The notes: generated from the sequence alone by a model not told the origin. Positions 32,270 through 46,799 are shown, counted from the first letter of the stretch. The stretch: 64,000 nucleotides of DNA from Heteronotia binoei (GCF_032191835.1 NC_083229.1:76632001-76696000); one strand, 5' to 3'. Numbers and translations are program-made.

Positions 32270-35030
32270 CCCCGGCCTACACAGATTTTGCAAATGTCTT
32301 CGAGGAAAAGGGGACCGACCAGCTTCCCCTGCACCGGCCTTATGACTGCAACATCAATTTGGTACCAGGGGCACCCCTGCCTATGGGACGGCTCTACCCT
32401 ATTCCTGAACCAGAGCTAGCAGCCCTGTGGGACTTCCTTGCCAAAAACCTGGAACAGGGTTTCATCCAGCCATCCACGTCCCCACTGTCTGCCCCTGTTC
32501 TCTTTGTCAAGAAAAAAGGCGACAAGCTCCAGCCCTGCAATGACTACCAGGCCCTGAACAAAATCACCGTCTGGGACCACTACCCTTTGCCACTGATCCC
32601 AGAACTACTGGATCGCCTTAAGGGGGCCCGGGTCTATACCAAGCTGGACCTCCAGGGCACATTCAACTTGGTGCGGATCTGCACAGGAGACGAATGGAAG
32701 ACGAATGGAAGATGACTTTCGGGATCTGCTATGGCCAGTACAAGTATCTTGTGATGCCCTTCGGCCTGACCAACACTCCCGCTGTCTTCCAAAGGCTGGT
32801 GAATGACATCTTCCGTGACCTGCTCAACCGCTGTGTGATCATTTAATTAGATGGCATTTTAATTTATTCCCAAAGCCCAACCCAGAACGCAGGGCACATC
32901 CGCCAGGTCCTGCAATGCCTGCGCGAGCATGGTCTCTACGCCAAGCTAGAGAAAGGGTGTGCCTTCGACTTAACAGTCGTCGAGTTCCTTGGCCACATCA
33001 TCATCACATCAAGGCAGTCCTGATCTGGCAGACACCGCAGAACTGCAAGGATGTACAGCGGTTCCTTGGCTTTTCCAATTATTACCGCCAGTTCATCCCT
33101 GCCTATGCCAATGTAACCACGCCTCTGACCCAGCTCCTCCTGCCCAAAGAGCCATTTCACTGGACTCCAGAGACAGACCATGCCTTCACCACCCTGAAAA
33201 CCTGCTTCACCACTGAGCTGCTCCTGCGTTACCCAGACCCGCAGTTGCCATTCACAGTAGAGACCGATGTCTCCAGCATGGCCCTCAGCGCAGTGCTATC
33301 CCAGCGGAAGGACCCTTCCCAGCCGCTACAACCCTGCGCATGCTACTCACGGCAGCTGAGTGCAACTACATCATCTGGGAGCTGGAACTCCTGGCCATCA
33401 AGATCGCCTTCGAGGTTTGGAGGCATCACCTTGAAGGGGTCCGCCACCCCGTCCAGGTCCTGACTTACCACTGGAACTTGGAGCATCTACAGAGTGCTCG
33501 ATGCCTCACCCAGCATCAGATCTGGTGGTCCCTCTTCTTTTCCCGGTTTGACTTCTGGATTACCTATATCCGCAGAACCAGAACCGGAAAGCGGACGCCC
33601 TCTCCCAAAAACCAGAGTATGCTGTGCCTCTTACGGAGGAGACCCCAACTGGGCTCATCTTCACTGCCACCACAACTCACCCAACCTTGGCTGCAGACAT
33701 CCAGACCAGCCATGCCCAAGACCCCTGGGCTCAGCAATGCCTCCTGGAAGTGCAAGACGGCCCAGCTGGGGACCTCTCTACCCGCCAAGGTCTTTTCCTC
33801 ACCGTGGGCGCCTATACGTGCCTCTGGGGCCCCTCTGGGCTGACATGCTCCACCTGACCCACGACTCCCCTCCTTCAGGGCACTTCAGCCAACACAAGAC
33901 CCTGCTCCTGCTCACACAGGAGTTCTGGTGACTTTGCTTCCATGCCAACGTGGCCCGCTATGTCAGTTCCTGTGAGATTTGCTGGTGGGCCAAGGATGTA
34001 CCGGCCAAGCCCCCAGGGCTTTTGCATCCCCTACCTACGCCTGCAGGAACCCGGAACACCGTCTTCCTGGGACTTTATCACTGAGCTCCCCAGGTCCAAG
34101 GGGCACATCCTGGTGATGGTGGACCTCTTCAGCAAGATGGCTCACTTTGTTCCATGTCCCAAGCCGCCCATGGCTCCTGAAACAGCTTGGCTCTACCTCC
34201 AACAAGTCTTTCGCCTGCATGGGCTCCCGGCACACTTGATCTCAGACCGAGGCCCTCAGTTCACCTCCTGATTCTGGCAAGCCCTGCACTCCAGCTTAGC
34301 ATCCAGGTGCATTTGTCCTCAGCGTATCATCCCCAAATGGATGGGCAGACCGAACGTACCAATGCCACACGGGAACAATACCTGCGTTGTCACACCAGCT
34401 ACCAGCAGGATGATTGGGCTGCCTTGCTACCCCGGCCGAGTTTGCCTACAACAACGCCATACATGCATCCATGCAACAGACCCCATTTGCTGCCACCTAT
34501 GGGTTCCACCCTCGCTTCTTTTTTCTGCAGTCCTGCGCCCCACAGCAGTTCCTGCTGCTGATGTGCATCTGCAGGAACTCTGGGCTCTCCAGGACTTGCT
34601 CCGAGAACAGGTCCAACAGGCTAAAGAGGCCTACAAGACAGCCGCTGACCGAAAGCGACAGTGGGGGTCTGAAGCTTGGGGACCACGTCTGGCTCTCCAC
34701 CAATTACCTGCATCGGCCTGGCCGGTCTTGCAAGCTGGACCCTTGCTTTGCAGGACCTTACCTGATAACAGACCAAATCAACCTCGGTACCTCCTTGTTC
34801 CTGCTACACCACCGGATCCCATCTGACCGCCACCTCCAGCACTGCCTCCTCCTGTCCTGGTTGATGATGAGGAAAAATACAAGGTCCACCAGCTCCTGGA
34901 CTCCCGAATCCAGTACTTCATGGACTGGGAAAGCTATGGCCCCAAGGACCGTTCATGGGAACCCGCAGACAACCTACACGCCCCTGACTTTGTGCAGCCG
35001 TTCCACATGGACTACCTTGACCGGCCTGGC
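32270..35030 (+). pseudogene. pol remnant: RT, RNase H, integrase, chromodomain; protease apparently deleted
   Basis: HRPYDC.I.L.PG, SPLSAPVLFVKKK, TKLDL, degenerate *LDG at the YxDD site; chromodomain EKYKVHQLLDSR..QYFMDWESYGPKDRSWEP at about 34870-34970. Confidence 0.85.
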
Positions 35031-37808
35031 CTGTCTGTGGGGGGGGGGGGTCCTGCAGGGGGGAGGATAGTGTCATGAGCCCTGACGAGGAGAAGCTGGA
35101 AGGGTTAACAGACCTGGAAGTGTTGCCAGCCAGTTCCTCAGCTGAACAAACAGCAGCTGGCCCATCAATCACTCTCCAGGCACCAGTGTCAGCTGCTGAA
35201 GATCAGTCTCCTCCAAGCTTTCCTCCTCCCATCTCAAGAGTTTGAAGCAGGCTCCAGAAAGAACTTTCAGAGCGAAGACAAGAGGCATGCTGATGCTTCA
35301 GATCTCTCAGCCCTGAGTTCTAGCAGAGTCACTGCCACCCAGGGAGCAGGCTGATTGAGACCCTCATATAGCTCCCACCCAGGACCGGGTAACCTTGTGG
35401 AAGCAACAAGTCTATTCTCTGCCTTTCATCCACACTTCTTCCTGATCCTGACCTGCTTGATTTCCTTGGCACCCTGACCTTTTGGCTTTTGGAAATTGAC
35501 TTCTGATTCCAGTTTGTGATTCTGCATTGGTGACTTGTCTCCTGCTTGACTTCCTGGACTTTGACCTTGGACTGCCTTTGGACTCCTGTCTGCCTGCACC
35601 CTGAGAACGTGATAGGAGGGCAGAGTGGAGTGGGGCATGGTGCTGCATTGTGGCACCACAGGGAAAAGGGGAGGGGTCAGCCTAGAAGCACATAGGCAGT
35701 AAGTCTGCCTAGGGTGCCGCATGCCCTGCAGCCAAACTAGAGACATGGACCATTCATGCTGGCCAAGAATATTGTTTTCAGCCAGACTTGATTCAGTCTG
35801 GGGTCGATGTGCCATTCTTTCCTAGATTATTCATTTAATCACACACAAAGCCTTCTTGCCAACTGAAGCATTAAAACATTTCAACAAAGAGAGAAACAGT
35901 TTTAGGAAATGGTGATGGCGCCATCACCACACATAGAGATAAACAGAGGGAAAGGGAGAGAGAAATCACATGAAACTATAAGTAATAAAACATTGTTTTA
36001 ACTGTGTTAAAATAATAGGCAAATAAAGGCAGAATCACTACACTATTAAATGTTCTATGGTGGAAAATAAATTATGTTTCACAGTATTACAGGATTGTAG
36101 GGGGGGTTTCTTTTTGGGGGGAAGGAATATAATAGGTGCTTAATTGTCAGGCTAACACATTCTACCAGAAAGTAGATATTCACTTGGGTAAATAATTCTT
36201 CATGCTACAGAGGATTTTAACAATTGCAATTTAAAAAAATATTAATAAAAGCTGTGAAGTTTTATGGGGTGGAATTCAAAGTATACAGTATAACCAATGA
36301 TAAAATGTCCAGTGACTCTAGTGGAGACAGATTGACCCAGTACCACAGAGAAGAGATTAATATCCCATAGCTGCTGTCATGGTCTGGCTGAGCAACATGA
36401 AGGCTTTATTTGTGGCAGCCCCACAGGTTTGGAACAACTACTTGTTGGTATCCATTTTGTAGTTGTGGCTCTGCTATTATTACCTAGTCCCTGTCCTAGT
36501 CTCTACGGTCAATCTCGTTTGGCTCCACCAAGGCACTACACAGAAAAGGTTGAAAGAACTCAAAAGGATGTCCAAGCTGAAAGATGAATTTGAGTTTGGA
36601 AAGGGGTCATAATAACTACAGGAGGGAAAAAAACATGGATGAGATTAGGAAATAACTGCAAATGTACCACAGCTTCAGAGACTAAGGGTAAAATTAGAAG
36701 ACAAAGGAGAGGCAAAGGTGGGGATTATAAAAATGAATTACTCATGAAATAACTTTACTTGCCAGTCTTATATAAGTATACTTGAGCACTTGTCAGTTCA
36801 GTTGATTTCCATTTGCCAGTGGCAATCAGGCAGTCAATTAATCCACAAGATGATCAACAGTTCACATGTGTATTCACAGGACAGACTACTTGCAGCCATC
36901 AAATGCTGACTCACTCAACTGAAGAAGGATCAGCTGGGACTTTCTTTGTATCCAGTATTTTTTTGTGGGGGGGGGGGAGATAGATAAGCAGCTTACTCCC
37001 AGCTGGTCAGTTGAAAGTCAGGTTTTCTTAATTCCCCATTCTAGAAACTTTGTTGCCTTCCACACTTGCTGAATTGCAGCAAATTTAGAGGGAGGAGATG
37101 ACTAACCCAACTGATTCCTCTTTCTTCTCTTCAGCCCAAGCTATCAGCTTAGACTGTAGAGAAAAAGAGAGAAACTAAATCTTTCTCCTCTCCTTTTTGC
37201 AATGTAGTGATTAAAAACATTGCATCTATGCCTGCCAAGCTGGAGGTAAGGGACAGAAACAAATGCTTTCTGCTTCAAAATTTAGGTATTAAAACATTGC
37301 ATCTGTTCCTATTCAGCTTGGAAGGGCAGAAGAATCTTCATTTTGCAGCTCCTCTATGCAGCTATTTGACTAAAGGGATGGGATAGATAAGAATTAAATT
37401 CTAAGCTGACCCCATGATTCCCTGGGTGTCTGTTTCTGACCAGCAGGTAGCTACAGACTTAGTGCTTGACAGTTGTTCAAGTTGCTTGACACAGTCTGAA
37501 TATATCTCTGATCAGCTCATAGTCTGATAATGTCAAGCAAAGCATGTTAATCTGTTGAACACATTCTCTGAGAAATTATCAGTAGCCCTAGTCTCACACC
37601 TTTTCCCACTTTTTTCAATATAAATACTCCTCAAGGAAGCATCAGACCCCATCACATCACTGAATCAAACATGAATGACATTTTATAAGAGGAGGAAGTT
37701 ATGTCAGTTCTTTTTCTAATTTTAAAAACTAGAACTGGTTTCTGTAATAACGGAATCAAATATTACTATATTATTATTCACAGTTTTTAAACTGGAAACA
37801 ATAACTAT

Positions 37809-37955
37809 TAGGGATGGTCATGAACCAGCTCACAAACATAAGTTCATGATGAATTCTGGCTGGTTCGTGGTTTGCGAACTGAAATTCATGAACTGAAGAA
37901 CTGCCACAAACTTCCATGAATTTTATGGTGGTTTGTGTTTGTTTGTGAAGAGTGA
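37809..37955. repeat. MITE-like repeat fragment (TAGGGATGG..GAAC family; related pieces near 2615-2760 and 6260-6390)
   Basis: Shared TAGGGAT start and GAACC/GGTTC-rich short inverted motifs. Confidence 0.4.
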
Positions 37956-37964
37956 GCAATGACT

Positions 37965-38160
37965 CTTCCTAATAGATCTTTCTGTAGTTCTTCACAATCC
38001 GCTCTGGGTTTCAGCATTCTGAATAATCTCTTATGATCTGCAAACTTGGCCACTATACTGCTCATCCCCCATTCCAAATCATTTATTAATAAAATAAATA
38101 CCGCTGATCCCAATACCAATCTCCATGGGACCCCACTGTTTACTTCCTGCCATTCTAAGG
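37965..38160 (-). mobile_element. CR1 RT fragment
   Basis: VLGSAVFILLINDLEWGMSSIVAKFADH..LF...DCEELQKDL. Confidence 0.8.
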
Positions 38161-39728
38161 GTTCTCCCTGCTTTCCAAGGATTCTCCAATGGGGTATGTG
38201 GGTGTCTTCTTTTAGACAAAATAAAGTATGCAGTCAAAAGAAACTAAAATATGCTGTAACAACCTAACTCCCCTCTGGCTTGAGGCAGAGCAAGGCGTTT
38301 TCTTTACAGTGACAGACAAGGCAGCACAACCCAAAGATAAGCAAAAATATTACTTTATTGAGCTGGCAGGTAGTTTAAAACAGACTGGTGCAAGGAAAAC
38401 AATAACGTTCTAAAATATAACTAACTAATAAGACTTACATCATACCCTAATCACCAGCCAGGAAGCAGGACGGCTTCTTGCCAAAAAGACAGTGTATAAA
38501 ACAAACGGTTTGGGGAACAGTATAAATCCCCTTCAGCTGGCTAATGACAAACCAAAAATGGGCATTCTGGAAGAACCAATCAAGGCAGCTGAGGGTAACC
38601 ATTAATTAAAAGGAGATTAGAACAACTCCTTCCAAGGTCACACATAACCAAAACACTGCTGGAAGAATAAAAATTGGCAAGCAGCCCAGAAATCAAAACT
38701 ACTATATATATATATATAAATCCACAATATCCTTTAAGAGAGGTTTTCATTACATATGCCCCATTTCCATCCATTATCTCACTGTGCTTCATTTCTTCAG
38801 CATTTTTTCTCCACCCCAGCTGACTTCTGATATCACATAATGGGTGACAGAAAATATTTATAGAAGAAATAGTGGTAACCCTAGCAGACTTAACTGGCCT
38901 TGAGTATATGCCCAAATTTTGTTTAAAAAATAGACACATGCACCTAGGCTCTATATAAGAATGCATATGAGGCCTATCCATAGCTGCTTTCTCACATTAT
39001 CAGAGGCTTACAGCTTTTACCTGGGAAGTGGGGAAAAATCGAGTATGGGTACCATAATCTAGGTACCGTATTTGTATTAAGCTTTGTGACCCTATTAATC
39101 ATTTCATAACAACTCACCCTGCTCTTTAATGGCAGCTTAGATTTAATAATCATTCAAGTAAGTGAAATTTAACAACCAGGAGATAGAAGACTGGCTTCCA
39201 GAAATATCATAAAACATAGAATCTCATTATTTGACAGGACTTTTCAAAAATATCCCTTTAAAAGAAACTGCTGCTTCTGCCTTTTTTATATCTGCTTGAA
39301 AAAAGTATGTTCAGTTTCCATGAATCAGTCTGCTAAAATATTGATTTCTATTTATAAAATGTCTAGCAACAGCTCAACCTCACATCTTTTAAATGTAGAT
39401 TTATGTTTGGTGACTCCTAATTCTAATGGTCTGTTGGTATCTTTTACATGTGGCAAAACACAGGGCATTTGAGCTTATAAAATGTTGTCATGTGTTCAAG
39501 AAAAATTGTTTCATCTGTTAATGGATGACTAAAGCAGACACTATTAATTATATTTTACAGTGGGTATGGAGTTCCATTTACTCTGAATTTTCTTTGTGCT
39601 TCTAATCTTCCCCAACGTTCAGATCACATGGTATATGTGGGAAATCTCAAGCAAATCACATATATTCTAGTTACATAAAGCCAAAATATGTCTGTAATCA
39701 GAAATTATTAACAATTTCATTGTTCAGC

Positions 39729-40611
39729 TGTCATGGATCTGGTGTGTCTGTATGTGAAAGTTTGTGAGGGAGTTCTCCACCCCACACACACACACCACCA
39801 AGCATTTATTTGTTGAGCAGTATTTGGTGAACTGCATTGTCACCCATTCAACTGTTCTTGGCCTTAGAAATTCCTAATGTACAAACAGCACTCCCCCACT
39901 TGGAAAGGTAGTCTATGACAGACTGTGCTTTAAAAACTCATAAGTGCTCTATAAACATGTGATAGACTGTGAAGAGCTAATGCCAGGGAATGACAGGCTG
40001 CTCAAACTGATTTCATTGGATAGTGTCAGGTGAGGGAGAAAGAGCTGAGAACTGACTGCTAAAGAGAGTTTTAGTTTAGCACTGACTGAGGGGAAGGGAG
40101 CAAGGAGAAGTGGAAGGATAGCTGAAGACCTCCATTCAAGTCAGAAATGAGGACAGAGCTTCTAGTTCAGAGAAATAATTTCCTGCCCAGTAAAAAAGGG
40201 GGATAGCTCTAAAGAGGGGAGAGATCCCTAGTGTATTTAGAAAAGGATTTTGAGAACCCTGTCTTCTGAAACTTTAACAGGCAGTTAAATTCAAGAACAT
40301 ATACTGGAGTATCTGAAATCAAAGCCTCTCACTTCAAAGATTGTAAGACCTTTATGAAAAGCTTACAACTCTCACTTGCTGGAAGCATACTAACAGATAT
40401 TTGTGAATTTACTAAGTTACCTCAGAGTTATTATTGATTCACCTCAGACACTTTACCCGATTCCACCTGACCTTTTCCCCCTCTACATTGAATAAAATAT
40501 TTTGTTTATTTTTGGACTTTCAAAAGCCCCTAGTGTACCATTTTCAGAAGTATAAATTAAGGAGGTGATCTTGTCTCTTCCCTCAAGCCAGCATCAAAGT
40601 ATAAAATGACA
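39729..40611 (+). repeat. Putative solo LTR (883 bp)
   Basis: TGTCAT...ATGACA terminal inverted repeat and AATAAA at about 40491; no clean TSD. Confidence 0.5.
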
Positions 40612-41529
40612 GGGCAGGACAACTATAAACTGTCAAACAAGAAGAAAATAGATAAAAGGGGCTGCTCAGTCAGAAAGGGATGGAAACAGAGGGAAAATCA
40701 TGTGTGTGGGAGAGAGGAGAGGGTGAGTTCACCACACTGTCTTATACATGTCAGTGAAAAAAATGAATATAGATGAAAATTATCTGATAATAGTAACCTT
40801 CTGAAGCTAAGCAAGCTAGGGCCAGTTTGGACGGAATATCTCATAGAAACTCTATGTATGCTCTCTTGAGTTTTATGACAGAAAAAGTGGTATATATGTG
40901 CAATCTATAAATAACATATGTACGTTCCTCTGCAAGTATGAATGTGTTACATTCATTGAAATTATGCGGGCATCCCATGCATACGGGAAACCTTTGCATG
41001 GGGCTCTGGATCAGAGTAAATGCTTTCAAAGTAACTTCAAAGATTTCATGTAGCATATTCATCATCAAGAAGATCTTGAAGGCCTATTAAATCCTTTTAT
41101 TAATTTTTATGTTTTTGAATGAATCAAACATATACCACTTAAAGACAAACATTAATGCAAATAGCATACAGTGCACATCATCATCACAGAATTAGTGTTA
41201 TAAAAATGTTGTATTCCAACTCCCATAAAGTTCATGACATTTATTTTAGCTCATTATCCTCTATGTTTAGTCAAAGTGCTATAATATTACCATTTCACAT
41301 TATACGTAAGTGACAATAGTGTGGTCCCAACCAACTTATCTCCTGATGAAAAAAAGAGGAAGGGTTCCCTTTGACCACCCAAAATATGTTATACTAGGGA
41401 TCATGAGACCTGCATGGACCAAAGGCATTGAAGACAAACTGTGATAAAGAAAAGAGTTGTGCAAAATTGATTGGAAAACCTAGTTGTATCAATTCCAATG
41501 AAAACAAAATAATACAGTGGGCCATGGTC

Positions 41530-41755
41530 AAGGATAAATGCTTGGGGCTCTTTAGCTTGGAGAATCGTCGACTGAGGGGTGATATGGAAGAGGTTTACAA
41601 GATTATGCATGGGATAGAGAAAATAGAGAAAGAAGTACTTTTCTCCCTTTCTCACAATACGAGAATTTGTGGACATTCAATGAAATTGCTGAGCAGTCAG
41701 GTTAGAACTGATAAAGGGAAGTACTTCTTCACCCAAAGGGTGATTAACACATGGT
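41530..41755 (+). mobile_element. CR1 ORF2 3' fragment
   Basis: LGLFSLENRRLRGDM.EVYKIMHG...GHSMKL...YFFTQRVINTW. Confidence 0.8.
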
Positions 41756-44099
41756 CCAAGTTATACTCATGTATTTTAGCAGTAGTCCATATTGTATTTT
41801 AGTAGTCCATATTGCAGAGCATCAGAGTATTCTCTGCTATGCTTATGGGCATTGTGAAAAATGAGAAGAGTCACATGATCTCATAATATGGGGAAATATG
41901 TTGAGTGTACAGAGTACGTGGTAGAACCCACTGATGTTGGCATTGCAAGCTGTGATTTTTGGCAAAATGTGTGTGCGTATGTGTGCATTTCTGTAAAGTC
42001 AACTGCAACCCTACCATGCAATTCGAATGAGGGAGGAGTCCCCGGGCAGAAGCTCTGGAGACCTTTTTTAGTCTTGCCCTACTATTTTTTTAAGGACAGT
42101 ATTTTGCCAGTGTCCTAGAGGAGATGTATAGTAATGCTAATTTATTGCCCTTTCTTGCAAATTTGCATGATTTTCTCTTTGTGATTCTCTAATTTGATCC
42201 TGCACACTAAAGTATGAAAGGGAAAAAATGTTTTCAAAGCCTTAAGCTTCCTGTCCCAGTGTCTGTCTCTCTTTACATCTCATGTCAATTTCATTCTGCA
42301 TTGATGAGCCTCCTGTTTATTTTGTTTGCATGAATCACTGAAATCTCTCTTTTTTGCACTGGGGATGCTGCTCTTTACCTCCTCTCCAATCTTCCTTTCA
42401 AGTCAATACCAGCAGGGGACTGAACCTTGTGTATCTCTCTTTAAACTCCCCCCCCTCTTTAAACTCCCCCCCTCCGTTGTTTTAATTTTTTTTTCATTCA
42501 GTGATCCGAGACTAGTGATAATCTTATAAACTCATGCTGCTTGTAAAAAAAAAAAAATCAAAAAAATTAAAATGAGGGGGAAATGGAGCTTGTACACCAA
42601 CGAAGGGGGGAGGATGGTGGAAGGTGCAGAGTGGCCTAAACAGCTTTGATGTGGATGGGGGAGTGACCTTTGAGGGGCAGCAAAAGTGCTGGGGGAAAAT
42701 CCAAGGGAATTGGTACAATTTTGAATTACCTTTTGTTTGGAAGGAAAATAAGGGGGAAAATCAGCACAAAAGCACTCTCAGAAAACTGAAGGAAACAGCA
42801 ATGAGAAAGCATACTGAGAGCCGAAGGGAGGTAAATCAATGCAGAATACACACACACACACACACCTCAATGGGCATGCATAGTAAGAGTGAGGGAAAAC
42901 ACCTGTGCATAATAGGCCTCAATTATTAAAATTGTTATCTTTTACAATGACAATTTACATACAGTTTAGCCATTCATTGCATTGGTAAAGAAAAATGAGA
43001 GGACATCGCTTTGCATCATGGTATAATAGCTGACCTCTGATGGACCAGACCTTCCTCTGGCATAACATGCTTTATCTCCTACAGGCAGACTCCTCACTTA
43101 GTGGAAGGGAGTCATACGGTTCATTCTAATGTTTCCATTGTTTTAATAATTGAATATGGGTTATTAATATGTTCATTATATATGTTCATTCATGTTCCCG
43201 TACAGGTACTTTTCAGTGTGCTTTTAATGACAAAAATATATTCTCATATAGTTAAACCAAACCAGCTGCTGGTGGTCTTTGCTGCCTTCACCACTGCCCT
43301 ACTGATATGCACTTTCTCATCACTCAATCCAAAGAGAGGAGTAATAGAAGTTTGGGAACATAATTTTCCTTTTAACCAAAAGGACAAATTATGAATAAAT
43401 ATTTTACTAATGCACTGAATGTGAAAGAAATTTTCCTTAGGATCACGTTTGTATCACAAGCAAATGTTATTTTTTTTTATAGAACAAGAAAACTCAGACA
43501 TTTATGAATCTGAAAATGAAAACCCTCCTGAATTTGAAACAATATGCTTAGTCATTTCTACTTGAAGAAGCTTATCCTTTTATCCCTGCGTTTAGTTATA
43601 ATTGCCTTACTTCAGTAGAATACCATTTTTCTGCACTAATACTATTAGATATTTTGTTATTAAATCTCATTTTTACAAAGCACTTTGTTCTAATTTAATA
43701 TAAAACCCTTCCAAATAATTAGAAAGAGAATGAATACATTTTTTATCAGCTGTGGTATTTTATATTTATTATGTGCAAGGGGATCATTCTCATAAAAATC
43801 TGTTAGCCTCTCCAAAAAGGCAAATAATATATTTATGACTATTTTCTTAATTTCAGATTTCCGAACTTCTGCAACTATTCAGATGCTGAAGGAAAATATG
43901 CCAACTGAATAATAAGGATGCTCCTAGATTTCTTAAGTCCTTCATGCACTGATTCAGTACACTTGAAAGCTGGTAACACTGGTGCTGTACTGGTGTGATA
44001 TGCCAAATGCCCATCCAGCAAAACACAGGTGGAAAGTTTTTCAAGGCATGCAGAGGCCACCATGGTCACTGGCTTGACTCATGAAGCAGTGAATACCAC

Positions 44100-44320
44100 T
44101 ATGGAGTTGTAGTTAAGATGCTGAACTAGTATTCAGGAGACATCAGTTCAAATCTATGTCTTGCCATAGAAATTCACTGGGTAGCCTGGGGCTAATCACA
44201 TGCTCCCAGTCTCACCTATTTCAAAGAATTGTTGTAAAAATAAAATGGAGAGGAGAAAGATGTTGTAAGGCACTCTGCAACTCCACTGGGCAGAAGGGTG
44301 GGTAGAAATAAATTGTATTT
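44100..44320 (+). mobile_element. Old MIR/Squam3-like SINE
   Basis: Degenerate tRNA head (GTAGTTAAGATGCTGAAC..AGTTCAAATC) and core-like CAGTCTCACCTATTTCAAAGAATTGTTGT. Confidence 0.5.
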
Positions 44321-44644
44321 TTCCTGCTACCAGGAACCCAAACAATTCAAAACCACTACAACAGAGCCACACCCTTCTAAGCTTTTTCAATGGATTTATA
44401 GGAGTGTAAATCTGTTTGGGACTGCCATGTAATTGATGTAAATACAAATTCTGCAATTTCAAAAAGCACTGAAATAGGGACTATGAGTGGATCACATGGC
44501 CTTTTTAATAGTTTTTTCTATAATATCTATGAAGTTAAGCATTTTCCACTTCTGAGCTGGGAGTACACATAAATGTGTAAGCTCTACTTTCAGAAATTAT
44601 AGCACGAAGTAAAAATGCTACCTATTTTAGTAATAGTTAAAATC

Positions 44645-45020
44645 AGTTTTGGGCACCACAATTTAGAAGGATATAGACAAAGCTGAAATGTATCCAGAGG
44701 AGGGCAATGAAGATGGTGAGGGGTCTGCAGACCAAGTCCTATGAAAAACTGTTGAAGAAGCTGGGTATGTTTAGCCTGGAGAAGAGATGATTGAGAGGTG
44801 ATATGAAAACCACCTTCAAGTACCTAAAGGGCTATCATATAGACTAGAAGAGGATAGTGCAGAACTGTTTTCTGTTGCACAAGAACTGAGTTGAAATTAA
44901 ATCAAAAGAATTTTTGGCTAAACATTAGGAAGAACTTCCAGACAGAATGGTTCCTCAGTGAAATAGGCTTCCTTGGGGTGTGGGGGGGTTCCCCTTCTTT
45001 GGTGGTTTTTAAACAGAGAC
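44645..45020 (+). mobile_element. CR1 ORF2 3' fragment
   Basis: Aligns by eye with 29680-30065. Confidence 0.85.
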
Positions 45021-46799
45021 TAAGAGTACAATCCTAAGGGGTGGTGAAGTCTTTTAGGATCAGACAATCCACTATGTGGGTGCTAGAAGCATTTGCGCCT
45101 ACATACAGCTGGCGCTGCCACAGTGGAGGGGAGTTATGTGCATGTGGGGCCGCCAGAGTGCTGCTCTGCCCAAGAGCAGCAGTGCCTGAGAGTTGCGCCC
45201 AAGCATTGGCGGAAGTGAGTCAGAGCGCAGCGCTCAGGTGCAGGAGGGGGTGGAGTTGGGGGTTCGGCCAGGCTTAGGCAGCTCCCTGAGTAGTTTGGGT
45301 CATGACACTCCCCCCTCAAGAGGCACAACGTTACGTCTGCAAAAACAGTGGCGTGTCCCATAGGCACTAGTTGAAACCAAAAACAAAGGTCACTGCTGCT
45401 GCGGAAACTTGCAAACCCCTTAGGGAGCAGTGTGATTGCCTCACCAATCCCCTCGCACCTCGGGCTGATGAGCCCCCTCCCTAGCACCCAATCGCATTCC
45501 CCCCTTCCTAGAAACACTTCCGCTCTGGCCTCGCACAACTCAGTTGTTAGGGACAGCTTTGCATGGTGGGAAGCTCTGCATGGCGGGAAGCTCCCTGCCA
45601 TGCGGACTTAGAGTGAGGAACAGGCAGGCACGTTGGTGATGGGATTTGCACTGTGTGGTTGCTTTGAAAGTATCTTTGACTTGCTAGGGGGAGAGCGAGG
45701 TCTCTTCCCTGGGGCTAACTGCTCTTGTTTCCAGGTCTCCACAGGTTCCAGGCTCCTGGAGGCTCTGTATTCGAGGACTGTCACCCATGGCTGGGTAAGT
45801 TCCACTGTGCCCCCCCACTGTCCTCCCCCTCCCCTCGCTCTCAACTGCTCTGGCACTTGAACCAAGCAGTGGGCTCTGGCAGGGGGCATTTGCTAACCCC
45901 GCTCCCCTGTGCTGCTGCCTGCTCCCTTCCCTTGGTCTGCCCTCTGCTGCGTTCCCAACCCCTGGCAGGGCATGGGGGGTGAGGCAGCTGCCCCGATGCA
46001 GGGAGGTGGGTCAGAGATTGTCCCTTTAAGAGAGCACCCAGATGAAACGCAGCCTGCTCCTCCAGCTGCCGTCCCTGCAGGTGCTCTTGATTTCTGTCTC
46101 CGTTAACAGGTGGGAATCCAACACAGAGGATTCCGCATGTGTCACTCCACCCCCCCCCACTCCCTCAGCTGTTTCTGCCCACTGCTCTGAATGGAGCCCC
46201 GCCCACAGTGAGACTGCCCAGCATGCACCAGAGAAACTGTTGCACTCTGTTCTGGAAAAATAAAGTCTGATCTGTGCCCTCTGTTGTCTCTCCTGCTTGG
46301 CATCTGCTGCACGTTCCCTGGGCAACCCCCCCCCCACTCTGACAGTGGCCTCTTCGAGGGAATGCCTGGGAGGGTGGGCAGACTTGGTTCTTGGGGGGGA
46401 GAGTGGGCCCACTGAGTTGCCATGCTGCCCCCGTGTGGCTGGACTGGGGAGGGGGAGTGCCGCCCCTCAGCCTGCCCAGCCTGATGGCCTACCTGATCCC
46501 ACAGGGCTGTTGTGCTCAGGGCACAAAGGGGGGGCTGATGAAGTGGATGCATGCCCAGCGGCTCGCACTCTGAGTTCTGCGGCTTCCAGGGGAGGTGTTC
46601 CTTGCACTTAGCAGGGGGTGGCAGCAGGGCAACACCAGGGGGCGGCTCCAAGTGGGGTTGTCTTTTGGACTTAGTGGTGTGCCCGCTCCCAGACACATTC
46701 CAGCCACTGTTTAGTGCAGTGAACCCCTGCACTTTGTGGTTCTTGTTTGCACTAGCACTTTTAAAAATTAACTAATTTAATTTTAAAGCTTAACCAGAT

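Larger units (their letters stand above)
30708..35614 (+). mobile_element. Decayed Ty3/Gypsy chromovirus of the Tf1/sushi (PEG10-like) group
   Basis: 544-bp LTRs at 30708-31251 and 35071-35614 with about 30 substitutions by manual count; flanks GGGGG/GGAGG; PPT 35058-35070; gag PEKFTG..FLAQC; RT, RNase H, integrase ([22 protein letters not shown]); chromodomain remnant. Confidence 0.93.

Noticed and set aside
38255-38644. Possible reverse-orientation solo LTR (TGTAAC...ACA)
   Set aside because: No matching TSD, ambiguous right end and inconsistent TATA orientation.
40795-40890. 5S-rRNA-like sequence (GAAGCTAAGCA...)
   Set aside because: Too degraded to call; at most a 5S-derived SINE remnant, not an rRNA gene.
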